Below are positions 1 to 13,428 of a stretch of 64,000 bases of DNA, piece after piece. The notes under the pieces are model-generated. The model saw only the letters and a list, made by a program, of their open reading frames with translations, ran no database searches and had not been told where the DNA came from. The DNA is taken from NCBI RefSeq assembly GCF_018977255.1, contig NW_024704743.1, positions 95,916,001-95,980,000 on the forward strand, written 5' to 3'. Position 1 is the first letter of the stretch, and each line of letters begins with the position of its first letter. The position numbers were made by a program, and so were the translations under genes. This stretch comes from Callorhinchus milii (taxonomy: Eukaryota).

Positions 1-616
1 GCTATTTCACTACAAACTCAGTCGTTTCTCTGAGGGGTGTGTGTGTGTGGTAAACCATTGGGGTCTTGTGGTATATGCATATTTATGCTACTATTTGTTA
101 CTTGTTAAGTATGTATTTGTACCATTTTCTTACTCTCAGTTGTAAGATTGCTCACCTCTTCCCTTGACCATCAATTCTGATTATAATAGCTTTTGCTATT
201 ACCCTTTATGTTGTCCATCATTATAATCTCTTTTATCCCTCCTAATCTCTCTTTTGCTTCTCTTCTGAGCCTTTTGTATTCTCCTGGTTTAACTCTGCAT
301 TACTACCCTTAAATTTATCATATGCCTCCTTTATAGAATTTATTTTGACTTATTCTTCCCATTCATCTGTAGATTTTTAAGCCTTTGACTCAACCCTTTC
401 ACTCCTGATTGGAATATTTTGCTCTGTAATGAACAACCCATCTCACACAGAATTATTTTTCATTGCTATATGGTCTGCTAATTTTTTCTTCTAATGTACT
501 TTTTATGGTCTGAAAGGTTCTCTTTTTCAGTGCTAAACCTTTGTCTTTGACTTTTTTATTCTTAATACTTTGAACAGAATGTACTCCTTGTTAGTCAACA
601 TTTTTTAAGAAGTGCA

Positions 617-954
617 GTGGAGTCCTGTAGCTCAGTGATTCGACCACTGGCCTCACAAGAGAGAGACCTAGGTTTGATCCCCACAGGACAAAACGTTGGG
701 CAAGTTTCCTTACTCCACACACCTCTGTTTATCTAGCAGTAAGTAGCAACCCGGTTGTTAATCAATTTTCAGTTTGCATTTCCGGGGTAATAATTCCTTT
801 AAAAAAGATAATAAATTGGTCACTCAATCCACGACTGATTGTGGGACACTGCTGTGCACAATTTGCTGCCGTGTTTCGCCCACAATTCACTTTACAATAT
901 AATCTGTGAAGCGTTTTGAAATGTCTTGAAGGATTATTATTATAATTATTATTA
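617..954 (+). mobile_element. tRNA-derived SINE (family A)
   Basis: Head gtggagtcctgtagctcagtg...ggtttgatccc with A-box and B-box-like motifs. Body is shared with many copies in the window, and it has an (att)n tail. Confidence 0.85.
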
Positions 955-1589
955 TAGTGTAATTATCTACGTCTCACTTTGTGTCCAACAAAGATCATAC
1001 TTTATTTGGAAGTATTTAACATTCTTATTTCTCCTAATCAACAGGGCCACACAGATTTCAGTTAATGTGTTGATCTCTCCACTGCTGTGTCCTTCATCTC
1101 AGTCTCATTGCTTTGAGTTAGGAAAGCCAGGAGAGGTAACACAGGCGCTTGCATCCATTCTTATTTCTGTTTCAGAGTGGCAGGGGCAGAGGCTGCATGC
1201 AGGTTGTGTGTAGTTTAAGAGACTAGGATTCATAAAAAAGGGTTCTTACATAATGTATCTACAAAAAGAAAACCACAAGCATTAATCTTATTACACTTGT
1301 AGGAATTGTATCTGGCCCACTAGATTAAACCTGGGCTGAAGTGCCTCAGCTACGATGAGGGGCTGAGTAGACAGGGATTGCATTCCTTAGATAATAATCC
1401 TTCCAAAAACAAAACAATAATAAAATGGTCATCTTCAATCCACGACTGTTTGTGGGACACTGCTGTGCGCAATTGGCTGCTGCGTTTCGCCCACAAATAT
1501 ACAGTCAATTCACTTTACAGTATATTCTGTGAAGCGTTTTGGGATGTCTAGAAGACATGAAAAGCGCTATGTCAAAATGCAAGGTTTAT

Positions 1590-1965
1590 TATTATTATTA
1601 GAGCCAAGGAGGTAAATTGGTAGTTTGATTAAGGTATTTTAAAATAATGAAAGCTATTGACAGGTTAGATAGAAGACAACATTTCCCTTTGAGGTATCCC
1701 ATTGCAAGAGGGCATAGTCTTAAAATCAGAACCAAGAGGGTTGTGATGATGTGAAATGCTCTGCCCCAGAAAGCTGTAGAGGTGGATTCAATAGGAATGT
1801 TTAAAATAGAGATAGACAGATACTTAGGTCGTTAGAGGTATTAAGAGGTATGGTGAAAGAATGGGGGATTTGGATTAAAAGATCTGCCAAGATCTGATAA
1901 ACTAATGCAACAGGTACGATAGGCTGAATGGATTCCTCCAGGTCCTGTTTTCCTATGTTCCTATT
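1590..1965 (+). mobile_element. CR1-type LINE 3' fragment
   Basis: Degenerate CR1 end (aaggtattttaaaataatga...ccccagaaagctgtagagg...aggctgaatgg...tcctatgttcct). Approximate bounds. Confidence 0.6.
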
Positions 1966-3827
1966 GTGTATAATGGCATAAATCACTCCAGGGCTAGGAG
2001 ATTAAAGACAAATGCAGCACAGGGACCCTACAATGAAAATCATTGATTCTTTTCCCTTCGGATGTGAGCAACACCAAATCATGGAATCACTAGACCACTC
2101 TTTCATTGTAAATTGTGTGGTCTGCTACTGTTAATGTGTCAGCAACATATATTGCAGAATGATCAACTTAAGTATTATGTTAACTGATTTTTTTAATTAA
2201 CCTTTATTTGTAAAAGTGAGAAATAGGTCCCAATTATAATAATAACCTCACTGTCAAAGAGAGAGAGGAATAAGAGCAAAAGATAGTGAGCACATACTGT
2301 TCTAAGGTTACACATTTGGATTCGTACTCTGCAGGGAATGTTGGCATTGTTTAGTCTCCTACAATGTTTATCATCGTAATGCAATTTGTTCCGCTGAGTT
2401 TCTAAATGTAATGTATTATTCAGCCTATGGGGCTTTTGCAGTCCAATGTGACTGGCTTTGTGTGACACATGTCCTTATTTGGGAATCACAAAGCTGTGAT
2501 GAAGCGCTGCTTTAAATGTACTTCTATAGAAATCCCAGCAGATTTCTAAAAGTAATTTCAACTCAGAAAACATATTGAATAGCTGCCCAGGCTCTCTCAA
2601 AAAAGCATCCACACGCATGGATTCATTTAAAAAACTATTTAGGCAACAATCTCAAAAGTACATTTTCCTACTGATTTTACCAAGCTTCTTTGAGATCAAA
2701 CTGAAAGCAAGTTATTTGTTGCGGAAGGGATAAAGTGAACTCTACACTAGTGAGGGAGACAGGCAGTTTTGACAGATTTTTGTTTATAGCTGAGTGACAG
2801 TTTAGAATGGGTACTTGGCAAAGTGACAGGAATCAAACCCATATCCCACTTCTCTTCACCTTTTTTTATATAAAATGGGCTTCCCATTCTATTCCTAACA
2901 CTATATTAGTGAGAATTGCAGCTTTAAGAGGCAGCTCCCCTAGGTATTCTATTTCTTGGTTGCTTATTGCTTATTTTTCCTTCATCTTCGCTTTACACCC
3001 ATCTGACCTTTGATTGGGTCTGTTTCCACACACACTCTTATAATTATCACCCAGGTGATAATTCCTTATGTGTGTGAACCCACGTAGCAAGTTCTGTCGA
3101 TTGTAGAACCATCCCAGTTGAGTGTGATCATTCAAGATTCAAAGAAGCAGCACTTTCCAGCATGAGTCGGTGGAATTGAAAAAGTGCCCCAACAATGTCA
3201 CTGCACTTCACAGTAACATCTTGTCAAATACTTTGAGATGTCTTGATGATGTGATAAGGCGCTATATCAAATGCAAGTTAAGATTAATTATAAGGTTATA
3301 AGAATTATAAGATTAATAGTATTATTGTAACTGCCATAAGGCACAACGCACCCATGAGGCACAAAACTGTTTTTCTGCAGGTCAGACGACTTGCAAAACC
3401 CAGACTTCAGATCTCACTCGGACCAGTCACTGGAATTCTTCCAACTCAGCGTCTGTTAACCCTGCAAGCCAAAGCTCTTATGGATAGGGCAGTCCGAGCT
3501 GGACAAGCAGTGACAAGCTTGCTTTCAATGGAAAGAACCAAGGTTTGCAGACACCAGTTTGTGCATTGTGTTACTGCTGAAGTTTAACCAGCTGAAACCA
3601 CATAGTTTTGACCAATTTGTCTAAAAGATTTCTGGCCATGACACTGGGAGAAACTCCTCTTTATGAATAGTATCATGGGGTTTGTAACCATGCTTCATCA
3701 AAGACATACTTTGGGTGAGGTTCATCTCAAATGATCACAATTTAATTTAGTCAAAACAAAAGTTGATACAGTGTTGTACTGACCGGCTCTTAAGGAGTTA
3801 CCTCCTGAATGTACTTTAAACACATAC

Positions 3828-4118
3828 CTTTATTGTATTGAAGAGAAGTGAAGGATGATTGCAGAGTTTTTTCAAGAATCCAATGCACACTAAGTGGGAA
3901 CTGTTCTCCAGCTTTCCCTGCAGGCAGGATTTGACTGCACGGGTAGCCAAGAGTTTGTGATACACTTCAAGCTGCAGAGCTACTGGGCGGCAGAAGATAA
4001 TCCACTCGGTCTTTGAAGGGAGGTAATTGTTAATGATGTCCTGTGTGCGTCGGAGTATGAAGAGCCCAGTTAAACGGTAAAGCTCTGCTGCTCTTTCTTC
4101 ACCCAACTGCTTTTCCTC
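3828..4118 (-). CDS. RAD54B: RAD54B coding exon (FILRRT ... LKKLCNHP)
   Basis: Encodes EEKQLGEERAAELYRLTGLFILRRTQDIINNYLPSKTEWIIFC...LKKLCNHPSLLFNTIK. Acceptor tttag|, donor AAG|gtatgt. 291 nt, phase 0 to phase 0. No further exon was recognised in 1-3827. Confidence 0.96.
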
Positions 4119-4499
4119 CTAAAGACAAAAGCAGTGGAAGTAAAGCAAATGTTGGAATGTCTGTTGCGCTGCAGGGAAATATGTTCTTAAATCACCGTAT
4201 TACTGCTTATTCCCCAGCTTTAAGGAATCTCTTTGAATTTTTGACTGAAAATTTTAACAACTGGATGTCCTGAACACGCAATGCGTGTAAAGGCCCTTCA
4301 ATCCTGGCTTTTGCCACACTCTACAGTGAAAGTGGGTAAACTCTGAAAATGGAACCACAATTAATAAGAGCAGAGTTTTTTTTGTTAGCAATTGAAGCTG
4401 ACGCTCCTTTTTAGTGTTAAGCGCTTTGGGACGCTACCCCGCATGAAAGGCCTATATAAATGCAAGTTGTTGTATTGTAGTTTTTCAACATATCCTCCC

Positions 4500-5036
4500 T
4501 TCTTTCCTACCAGATCATCCAGACCTCTGCAACCCATGTCCTCTCCCACACCTGGCTCTGGGACCCGATCACCCCCATCCTTGCCCGATTCCTCTGGCTT
4601 TCCATCACACAGAGGATACAGTTCAAGATCCTGGTCCTCACCTTCAAAGCCTTCCATAGCCTTGCTCCCAACTACCTCTGCAATCTCCTCAGCCCCTGCC
4701 ATTCTGCCCGATCCCTCCGGTCAGTGGGCTCCAGCCTGCTTCACGTCCTCCCACTTCACTCACCCCACCATCGGTGGGGCGGCCTTCTGCCACTCTGCCC
4801 CCACCCTCTGGAACTCCATCCTGCAGTCCCTCCGCCTTGCCCCCTCCCTTGCCTCCTTCAAGACCCATCTCAAGACCCTCCTCTTCGACCGTGCTTTCGA
4901 TCATCCTCCTTCCCCCCTACCCTCCAGCCTCCCCAATCCCGACCCCCAACTTGGGTCTGAAACACTGACTGTCCAGCACCTTGCGACATCCTTCTAACGT
5001 GAAAGGCGCTTTACAAATGTAATTTTGTTGTTGTTG
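4500..5036 (+). mobile_element. L2-clade LINE 3' fragment
   Basis: Translated motifs FKILVLTFK and GGAAFCHSAPTLWNS...FKTHLKTLLF. Ends with aggcgctttacaaatgtaattttg(ttg)n. Confidence 0.88.
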
Positions 5037-5187
5037 ATGTTAAAACCATTACTTAACTCCCATAAATTCTCCTTCCTCTTTGTTTTGTTTTCCCTATTGT
5101 CTCTGTGAAATGCTGTGTGTCATTAATTTTAAATGAAAGGCACTATATAAGTACATTATTCTTACTAAAACATTTAACACGGCCTAC

Positions 5188-5327
5188 CGTTGTTGCAGAC
5201 GGTTGTTGGGACCTGATGATGGGCTCCTCATAGATCTTCCTGTAAATGCAAGCAGATCCAAGTATTCCTGGATTCACAAATTCTACTATAGAGTAGAACT
5301 CCTGAAGATCATTTTGTATTGGGGTAC
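5188..5327 (-). CDS. RAD54B: RAD54B coding exon (motif III, TGTPIQN)
   Basis: Encodes GTPIQNDLQEFYSIVEFVNPGILGS...YEEPIIRSQQPSATT. Acceptor tatag|, donor ACG|gtaggc. 140 nt, phase 1 to phase 0. Confidence 0.96.
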
Positions 5328-6860
5328 CTATACACAAGATATAGAGGGGGTGTTGTATTAAGAAAATGTAAATATAATTCAGAATAGAGCAAATATTTGC
5401 AACAATACAAAGAAACCAAACAACCGACTCATGAAAGTTTCACACTCCTTTTGTTCATCTTAATGTTCTGGGTCATTTAGCATAAGATGCTGACAACCTG
5501 CAAAAAAGCTCCTGTAACTGAGAGGACGTTCTGGTGTTGACAATGCCAGAGCGCTTTCACAGCGTCCCAAACAGTCATGAGGTATTCGGACAACTTGCTG
5601 CGGTCATGGAGTCTGCAATGCCAACAGCACTAGGGACTCTTTTTAATTGGGGCATCTAACAGTTTCACCATTGCATGCCATGAGAACATGAAACAGCAGT
5701 TCTTAAAACAGAGAGAATTCTACTCTTCATTACATCCTTATAATACGAAATCCCATTATAAAGACGTGATAAAAACTACTCAGAGCCACTTGCTAAAAGC
5801 TATGAATAGACCTCAAAGCAAAGTGAGTACAGTCTCTCCGCCTCTCTGCAGGTGTTTTATCCTGTGCTTGAAATTCATTATTTAATCATTTATATAATAG
5901 CCTTAATGTATCTTGCTTAGATTTATCTGATTCTTTCATCAACAGTCACCTGCTGACCACACTCATCCCACAATGTATTTACAATATTCAGTGGTCTCAC
6001 ACAACTTGCTGCTTGCGTCATCCTGAAACATACAAGATTGGTTCGGATGAAAAAGGCCCTTCTGCACTTTTGATTTCACCCCTCCAGAATACCTACCCTA
6101 CTATCCTCTCATCACAGCATCAAGCTATTTCTAAAATGACCGAGTAATCTGGATTGTCTGGTTGCCTGCACTTGTTATTTAGGGCTTTTGGAGTCCTTAC
6201 TGCTCTTCATTTAGATATTTTTCTATTTTTGTTTTCCTATTTATTCTTAAATTCAATCCTTCCCATCTCTTCCTGATAATCAAGAGGTTTGAACTCTTTA
6301 TCAACGACTCCGTTTCCTTTCCTCCTCCAAATCTAGTTTAAATGAAAATGAATTTCTTACTATGAGTTCTAGACTTATTTGTTACCATTTTCAGATGGAA
6401 TACTCATCTCACTGCTAACAATGATGGCACAGACATTAGCATGGGAGAATAGGGGGCAGCAAGCAACCACAAGACAGAAAAATCATTGACAATACCACTT
6501 TCAAGCACACAGCTCATGTAAATCCTAGGCTCGGATTTAAAATAAAAATAATCCTTGCATTTAATACAGCACCTATCACATCAGGAGGATGTCTCAAAGC
6601 ACTTTACAGGACACACTGTAAAGTGCACTGACTGGGCTTTTTGGGTAGGTGAACACAGCACACAATGTCCCACAAACAGCCATGAAGTGAATTTTATTTT
6701 ACTGATACATTCCTGGCAGAAACCCTGCTTTATATGAATTGTGATTATGTTTCATCTGGAATAGTAATAGGGTTGTGCAGGTTAAAGGAGTAACATTAAA
6801 AAAAACCCTCAATAATGAAGATACAGTTTTCTGGTTATAATCCAGTGATTTTACACTTAC

Positions 6861-7068
6861 CAGTAAGGATCACCCTCTTCTCACAAGGGAGTGTAAGGAT
6901 GGCTGTGGATGTCTTAATTGAGCTATTTTTTAAACGATGTCCTTCATCACAAATTATTAGGCTGAATTCCAGGTTTTGAAGTTGTTCCAAGCATCGCAGT
7001 AACATCTCGTAGCTGATGATGAGGACGGAATAGAGAGGAGAACTGATGAAGTCTTCAACTTTGTGATC
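6861..7068 (-). CDS. RAD54B: RAD54B coding exon (motif II DEGH box)
   Basis: Encodes DHKVEDFISSPLYSVLIISYEMLLR...IICDEGHRLKNSSIKT...RVILT. Acceptor ttaaag|, donor G|gtaagt. 208 nt, phase 0 to phase 1. Confidence 0.96.
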
Positions 7069-7451
7069 CTTTAAAGCAAATGTACAATAAAACACAGGGA
7101 GAAATGAGCAACAGTAAAGAACACAGTATTTTATTTATCATGAGCGCTGAAAGGTAACAAGTTACTGCACCAACTTCTAAATCACGTTAAAATAGTTTTT
7201 GAAAGGCTAGATTGTACAAAATATATAGTCACTATATTTTACAGTAAGCCCTGTGAAGCACTTTGAGATGTCCTCCCAGTGTTAAAGGTGCTATAGCAAA
7301 TGCAAAGATTATTATTGTTATAAATTTAGGACTGTTTTAAAATTGAAACATGATCTGGTTATTATATAATTACTGTTCTTGTTCACATTCATACTGCTCA
7401 ACATTTTATAAAAGAAATGGGAAATCAGTGAATTTTTAGCTGTTAAACTAC

Positions 7452-7677
7452 CTGATCTACTGCAAAAACCTTCAGCCTCTCTGTTCCGAGCCATTTCTGG
7501 AACTCTTTGTTCCAGTTTTTCACCAGACTCCCCGGGGTTATCACCAGTGACCTCTTGAAGATGGGTTTGTTACCATACGGCCCTTGCCGCATGAGGGTCC
7601 AAAGTAGAGTGATGCACTGCAAGGTCTTCCCCAGACCCATTTCATCGGCTAAGATGGCACCAAACCTGCCATTTGCT
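7452..7677 (-). CDS. RAD54B: RAD54B coding exon (helicase motif I / Walker A, motif Ia)
   Basis: Encodes [28 protein letters not shown]...[19 protein letters not shown]...VDQ. Acceptor ttcag|, donor CAG|gtagtt. 226 nt, phase 2 to phase 0. Confidence 0.96.
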
Positions 7678-7834
7678 CTGAATTATCGATAAATATTGTG
7701 TTGTTAGATTACAAAATGCACCCAACGATAGCATCTATAAAGTTGTTACATTTCAATATTAATATTAAGAAAATGCTGGAAATTTGCACTAGTCAATCAG
7801 TAAAAAGAATGCCTCGTAGGTAAAGGCATTGCCT

Positions 7835-8320
7835 CATGAGCTGAACTGGCTCCAAGGTGACACGTTTGACAATGGAATGTCAGAATCGAGCCAGACCTGC
7901 GCCAGTTTTGGTAGTCCAGTTCCTGAGCCAGTATTCCAGGGCCCTGTTGATGGCAGCACAGCCAGCCTGGCTCATTGGCAGGACCTGGAAGGGCAGACCG
8001 GTCACTGGGAGCAGCGAATCTGCCCACTCAGCTCCTGTTAACACTAGCTGGAGATAATGGAAAGCTTACCAGACAGCAATATCAATGTCAAGCTGTGCTG
8101 TTTCAGCTGGTTAGACTCCAGCCGTACCATAACGCACACTCTGGGGTCCCCAAGCCTTGGTTCATGCTAACCTACACCTAATACTTTCTGGAACTAGGTA
8201 AAGCAGGATGCGTCCCTTCAGATGTAGGTAGGATGCATTCTCAGTTTGGTTTGGATACTCTTAAGCATGGTGATGGGTTTCCACATGTATTAGACACCTG
8301 GTTGTCCAGAAAAAAAGAGG
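7835..8320 (+). mobile_element. Old non-LTR retrotransposon 3' end (family C)
   Basis: Shares gagctgaactggctccaag, gctcctgttaac and gggtttccacatg...A-tail with 30541-31530 (-), 48745-49182 and 61180-61577. Confidence 0.65.
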
Positions 8321-8762
8321 TGAATCTGAAGGATATTGGTCAGGACCCCAGAGAAACCAGATCGGTACTTGGTAACTATAAACATTAAGAGATTTACAGA
8401 AATATGCATCACCTCTGCCTCAGTTGGTGGCACTCTCACCTAGAAAGATGTGGGTTCAAGCCTCACTTTGAGGCTTGGAATTCATCTAGTTTAGGCGAGA
8501 AGTGGCTGTCAAGAAGCGGCTCCCTGAACATTCACACAAGTCCAAGTAAGTCTGTGGCTTTATATGAAACGTGGCCTAAAAGATGTACTTGTTTCACGTA
8601 ATAAAAGTGCTGCTCCTTTTCTGACAGTTAGACATCAAGTATCTATAAACTAACTATTTGATAGATCAGTTCTGCTGGATTGAATGCAAATGTGTTACAT
8701 TACCTAATTGGCTAAAAGATCTAAATGAACTGAATTGTCAAGCCAAGTCAGTCCTGACTTAC

Positions 8763-8925
8763 CTCATCCCCATCACACACTCATACAGGAAGATCACACC
8801 AACTCGCTGGTGAGGCCGGAGGTGCGCACAAAGGTAAGGATCCACCACCACATCCACCAGTGGGAGAGTAGCTTTATTGTGAATCCACTGGTGACTTAGG
8901 TTTGGCCGTGGCATTACTAAAGCAT
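8763..8925 (-). CDS. RAD54B: RAD54B coding exon (Q motif region before the SNF2 ATPase)
   Basis: Too short for the ORF track and translated by hand: (N)ALVMPRPNLSHQWIHNKATLPLVDVVVDPYLCAHLRPHQRVGVIFLYECVMGM(R). Acceptor aacag|, donor AG|gtaagt. 163 nt, phase 1 to phase 2. Confidence 0.95.
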
Positions 8926-8989
8926 CTGTTGGGAAAGCAAATACTGTACTTTAAAGCAGTAATCTTACATCTATTTGCCAGTACCTCCG

Positions 8990-9512
8990 CACATCAGGTA
9001 CTGGCAGCAGCAGAATCCGGATGCACACCTCACCAAGCCAGTCAGGAACCTGGGTGTCTTGTTCGATCCTCAACTGTCCTTTCTCCCCCATATCCGTGCC
9101 ATGACCCGCTCTGTCTACCCCCACCTCCGCAACATTGCCCGACTTCGCCACTGCCTCACCCTTCAGGCCGCTGAAACCCTCATACATGCATTCAGTACCT
9201 CAAGGCTCGACTATGGAAACTCCCTCCTTGTTGGCCTTCCCAACTCTTCCCTCCACAAGCTGTAGATCATCCAGAACTCTGCAGCTTGTGTCCTCTCCCA
9301 CACCAGGCTCCATGACCCCATCACACCCACCCTCACCCGGCTCCACTGGCTCCCCATCCTTCAGATAGAATTCAAAATTGTCGTCCTCACTTTCAAGGCC
9401 CTCTATGGCCTTGCCACCTCCTACATCTCTGACCTGCTGACCCCCTATCAACCGGTCCGCTCCCTCTGTTCAGCAGGCTCCAACCTTTACAAATGTAATT
9501 TATTTGTTGTCA
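8990..9512 (+). mobile_element. L2-clade LINE fragment
   Basis: VRNLGVLFDPQLSF...AETLIHAFSTSRLDYGNSLLVGLP, the L2 ORF2 region downstream of the RT, with in-frame stops. Confidence 0.88.
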
Positions 9513-10246
9513 TTGTAGTGACTGTTTATTTTATAGGCGAACATGGCAACCAATTTGCTCAGAGCTATATTCCCACCAACAGCTATGAAGTAAATGACCA
9601 ATTTTTTTTTCGGGGATTGTTGGCCAGGAGACCAGCAGAAACTCCCTTCCCTTATCACCCACTTCTCCAAGCAAAACTATTGCATAAAATACAAGAGCCG
9701 GCTTGATAGGCTGAAAAGCCTACAAAAATGTATACTGGTGTTATATCAATTGTAAAGATTATCATTTTTGTCATGGTGGGTAATGTCTCAAAGCACTTTA
9801 CAAAGATGAAGAGGATCACTGAGCAGACTGGGAAAGGGGGGAGGAAAGGTTGGGGATGTTGGCTGAAGTCAAAAAAAAAGAGAATTTGAAAGGCAATAAC
9901 AGAAGGCTTAAGGTGAAGAGATTATAAAAGTTTCACCCACAAAATGTAATTAATCCACTTTACAGTATACCCTGGGAAGTGCTTTGAGATGTTTATATCA
10001 GATGCTATATCAAATGCAAGGGTTATTATTATAAGTTTCAGAGGTTGGGGCACAGTGGAGGCCGAAAGTTTGGACTACGTGACATACATTTAGGCAAAAT
10101 TAAATAATCTATAGAGACATTCCGTCTGTAAGTTTTAATGATTCACAGCCAATTACAACGTTGATAAAGACCTGTTTGGAATCTCTGAAATATCAAAACA
10201 AGCAAGCGCACAGTTGCAAAGAACACTCCCAAGTTAAGCTCCTTAC

Positions 10247-10534
10247 TTGGTGCATTGGGATCATGTCGAGTCTTGCAATCCCACATGGCTTTTTTAACAT
10301 TTTCTGTTTGACTGGGCCCAGCACCGTTCTTCAATGGGTTAGAAAATGGTTTCAGGACAGGTCGCTGTGAGGGGGTTGGATGTACTGGTTCTGACGAAGC
10401 ACTAGCGTGAAAACACCGGCCCCTCAAAAAGTCCTCCGCAGAGACCAGCCCCATGATCTCTATCTCCTTCCCGCCAATCATCAAGGTCTGGCCTTCGCAA
10501 AGGGTTTCCAGTTCTTTTGTTTTGTATCCTGCTG
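10247..10534 (-). CDS. RAD54B: RAD54B coding exon
   Basis: Encodes AAGYKTKELETLCEGQTLMIGGKEIEIMGLVSAEDFLRGRCF...KTRHDPNAP. Acceptor ttctag| (tandem tag-cag-cag), donor A|gtaagg. Phase 1 to phase 1, 288 nt. Confidence 0.92.
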
Positions 10535-11029
10535 CTAGAAAAATGGATCATAACAAATATAAGTAAAGCTCAAGAAAAAAATTTGTTTCCTCCTTCCTCT
10601 TCTGAAGGAGCTGATAGGTGGGGTAAGGTTCCACGACGATCGTCTGCCCTATGGTATCTCACTAAAGAAACTATCGTTCATGTTCTCACCAGACCATTCC
10701 ACCTTGGGGAGCATAACAGCCAAGTCTGATCTTGTCTCATCAGAAGCCAGAATTCCCCTTCATCTTCTTAGGCTACAAAATATAAGACCATGTGAAGGTT
10801 TGGAACAGTCTTACGTCAGTTTTAATAATAAATAATACTTACATTTGATATTTATTTGGGGAGAATATCTCAAAGAATTCATATTGTAAAGCTTAGTTGC
10901 TGTGTATTTTGTAGGCAAAAGCAGCAGTTAATAAGTGCACTCGCTTCACAAGCGCTCTAACCACTGGGCTACACGACTCCTGAATGTGGACATCAGAGGC
11001 CCGAAGTTCCACATGGTCAGTTTCATTTC

Positions 11030-11342
11030 CCACAGGGCGAAACGCTGGGCAAGTTTCCTTACTCTACACTCCTCTGTTTACCTAGCAATAAGTAGGAACC
11101 CGGTTGTTCGTCGATTGGCGGATCGCTGTTCTAGGGATAATAATCCTTTCAAAAATAATAAGAAGTATTTGGTCACTCAATCCACTCCTGTTTGTGGGAC
11201 ACTGCTGTGCGCAATTGGGTGCCGCGTTTCGTCCACAAAATATATAGTCAATTCACTTTATAGTATATTTTGTGAAGCGCTTTAGACGTCTCAAAGACGT
11301 GATAAGGCGCAATATCAAATGCAAGGATTATTATTATTATTA
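11030..11342 (+). mobile_element. tRNA-derived SINE (family A)
   Basis: Family A body and tail ending aatgcaagga(tta)n. Confidence 0.85.
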
Positions 11343-12059
11343 CGTGCACTTTCTAGAAAGGATCACTAGTCACTGATCAGGGGCAGAATGCTGACCCTTG
11401 TGACATTCTATGTTAATCTAAGATAGCACCATATGGAGCCAAACACTATAGGTCTTAAATTACATCCAGACCATGAGATCAATGTGTCTAAAAATGTAAG
11501 ATTGTGCAGAATCTTATTTCCACTTATTATGTGGAAAATTATTAAATTTAGTATTCATTTGGAAGCTGTTCCTTTTTAAAAACTGTAAAAAAAATCTTCC
11601 ACATCAGAATTGAATTTTTTTAAAAATTGACCCATAGATTGGTGGGAATTTGAAGCCATACATTGGGAAAATGTTATAACAGCACACATTGACACAGTAG
11701 TACACATTGGTGAAAGACTGAGGAAGGAGCTGGGAGCTCTGTTTAACTATTCGTTCAGAATAGCTTTGTTTTGGTTTTAACTGATCCTTTCAAAATCACC
11801 AAAATGATGATATGCAGCTCCACTTAAGCACATTGTTTAAATCTGAACAGAAGTCAAGGCCTTTTCTATGGAACTTGACTGAAGCTGTGCTTGAAATAAA
11901 TAGCATCAATGTATTTGAAACTTATGTTGAGGGCAAAGGGAATTGAAGGATATGGGTGAGGGGAATAGGAGGGATGAGGGCTCAGGTGAGGTATAAACAC
12001 TGGCCTGTTTTCATGCCGTATCACTCTATATTGCTCAATATAATTACTTTTTTTTTCTT

Positions 12060-12286
12060 TTTCACACAGCGAGCTGTTCGGATCTGGAATGCATTGCCTG
12101 AAAGGGTGGTGGAAGCAGATTCGATAACAACTTTCAAAAGAGAAGTGGATAGATATTTATCAGGACAAATTTGCAAGGTTATGGGAAGAGAGCGGGGGAG
12201 TGGGATTAATTTGGATAGCTCTTTCAAGAGCCGTCATGGGCACGATGGGCCGAATGGCACCCTCCTGTGCTGTATAATTCTATGAT
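12060..12286 (+). mobile_element. CR1-type LINE 3' end
   Basis: FFTQRAVRIWNALPERVVEADSITTFKREVDRYL is the CR1 ORF2 C-terminus, followed by a 3' UTR ending ttctatga. Confidence 0.88.
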
Positions 12287-13057
12287 AATGTTAAATTACT
12301 ATCCAGCACCATAATCACTTGAACAGCTCTAAGAGTTAATTCTTTTCATTTCTGCAGCATTCTCGCTCTCAATTCAATATTTTATTTCCATTTACATCAA
12401 CTGCTCTCGTTCAGTTTCTTTCATTCTTTTTTCTTTTCTTGTTCCGTTCCGCTATCATTTAAAAAAACAGAGCAAAACTCAATCCTACCCGTTTATTTTC
12501 ACAAATAATAATAGTAATCCTTGGATTTTCATATAGGGCCTTATCACACCATTCAGATGTCTCAAAGCAATACTGTGCTCCCCAGCATTGCACTGGGTGT
12601 CAGCTCAAAATCTTGTCATGGAGCTTGAACCCACAATCTCCTGACTCAGAGATGAGAATCCTATCAGCTGAACCAGGCTGACAAATGAGCCCTTGTTTGG
12701 TAAACTAGGTGGTCCATTGCAGCCTCGGTCTAAAGTTTATGCTATGTGAATTGGAAAGTAAATTGAGCATGGAGAATAAGAAGCAGTTTACACTGTGGTG
12801 CAACCTTAATTTGTATTCTTCCTGGAGCTGTTAAACTACTTTTTTTTTAAAAAACTGAGTATTAAGTGGCCAATTAAGATTACTAAAAGTCAAGTCTTAC
12901 ACTGTGTTGAGGAAGGAAGGTGAAAACCTGCCAGGTATAAAGGTGAGAGGGCAAGTAAAGCTATAAAAAAAAGGCTCTTTGATTTTATAAATACAGTAAT
13001 ACAAATGTGAAGAGGCAATGCTAGGCCATATAAATTATTAGTTAGGCCACTGTTGGA

Positions 13058-13428
13058 ATAATAATAATAATCCTTGCATTTGATATAGCACCTTATCATG
13101 TCTCCATGACGTCTAAAGCCCTTCACAGAATATACTGTAAAGTGAATTGACTTTTGTGGGCGAAACGTGGCAGTCAATTGTGCACAGCAGTGTCCCAAAA
13201 ACAGTTGTGGATTGAGTGACCAAATTCGTATTATTATTATTCTTGAAGGGATTATTATCCACAGAAAAGCGATCCGCCAATCGACTATCAACCGGGTTCC
13301 TACTTACTGCTAGGTAAACAGAGGCGTGTCGAGTAAGGAAATATGCCCAACATTTCGTCCTGCCAGGAATCAAATCCAGGTTCTCTCATTTGCGAAGCGA
13401 ATGCTTTAACAACTGAGCTACAGGACTA
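13058..13428 (-). mobile_element. tRNA-derived SINE (family A), near full length
   Basis: Reverse complement of the family A head, body and (att)n tail. Confidence 0.88.

Noticed and set aside
617..700. tRNA-like sequence (A and B boxes) as a tRNA gene
   Set aside because: It is the head of a multi-copy SINE, continuous with the SINE body and tail.
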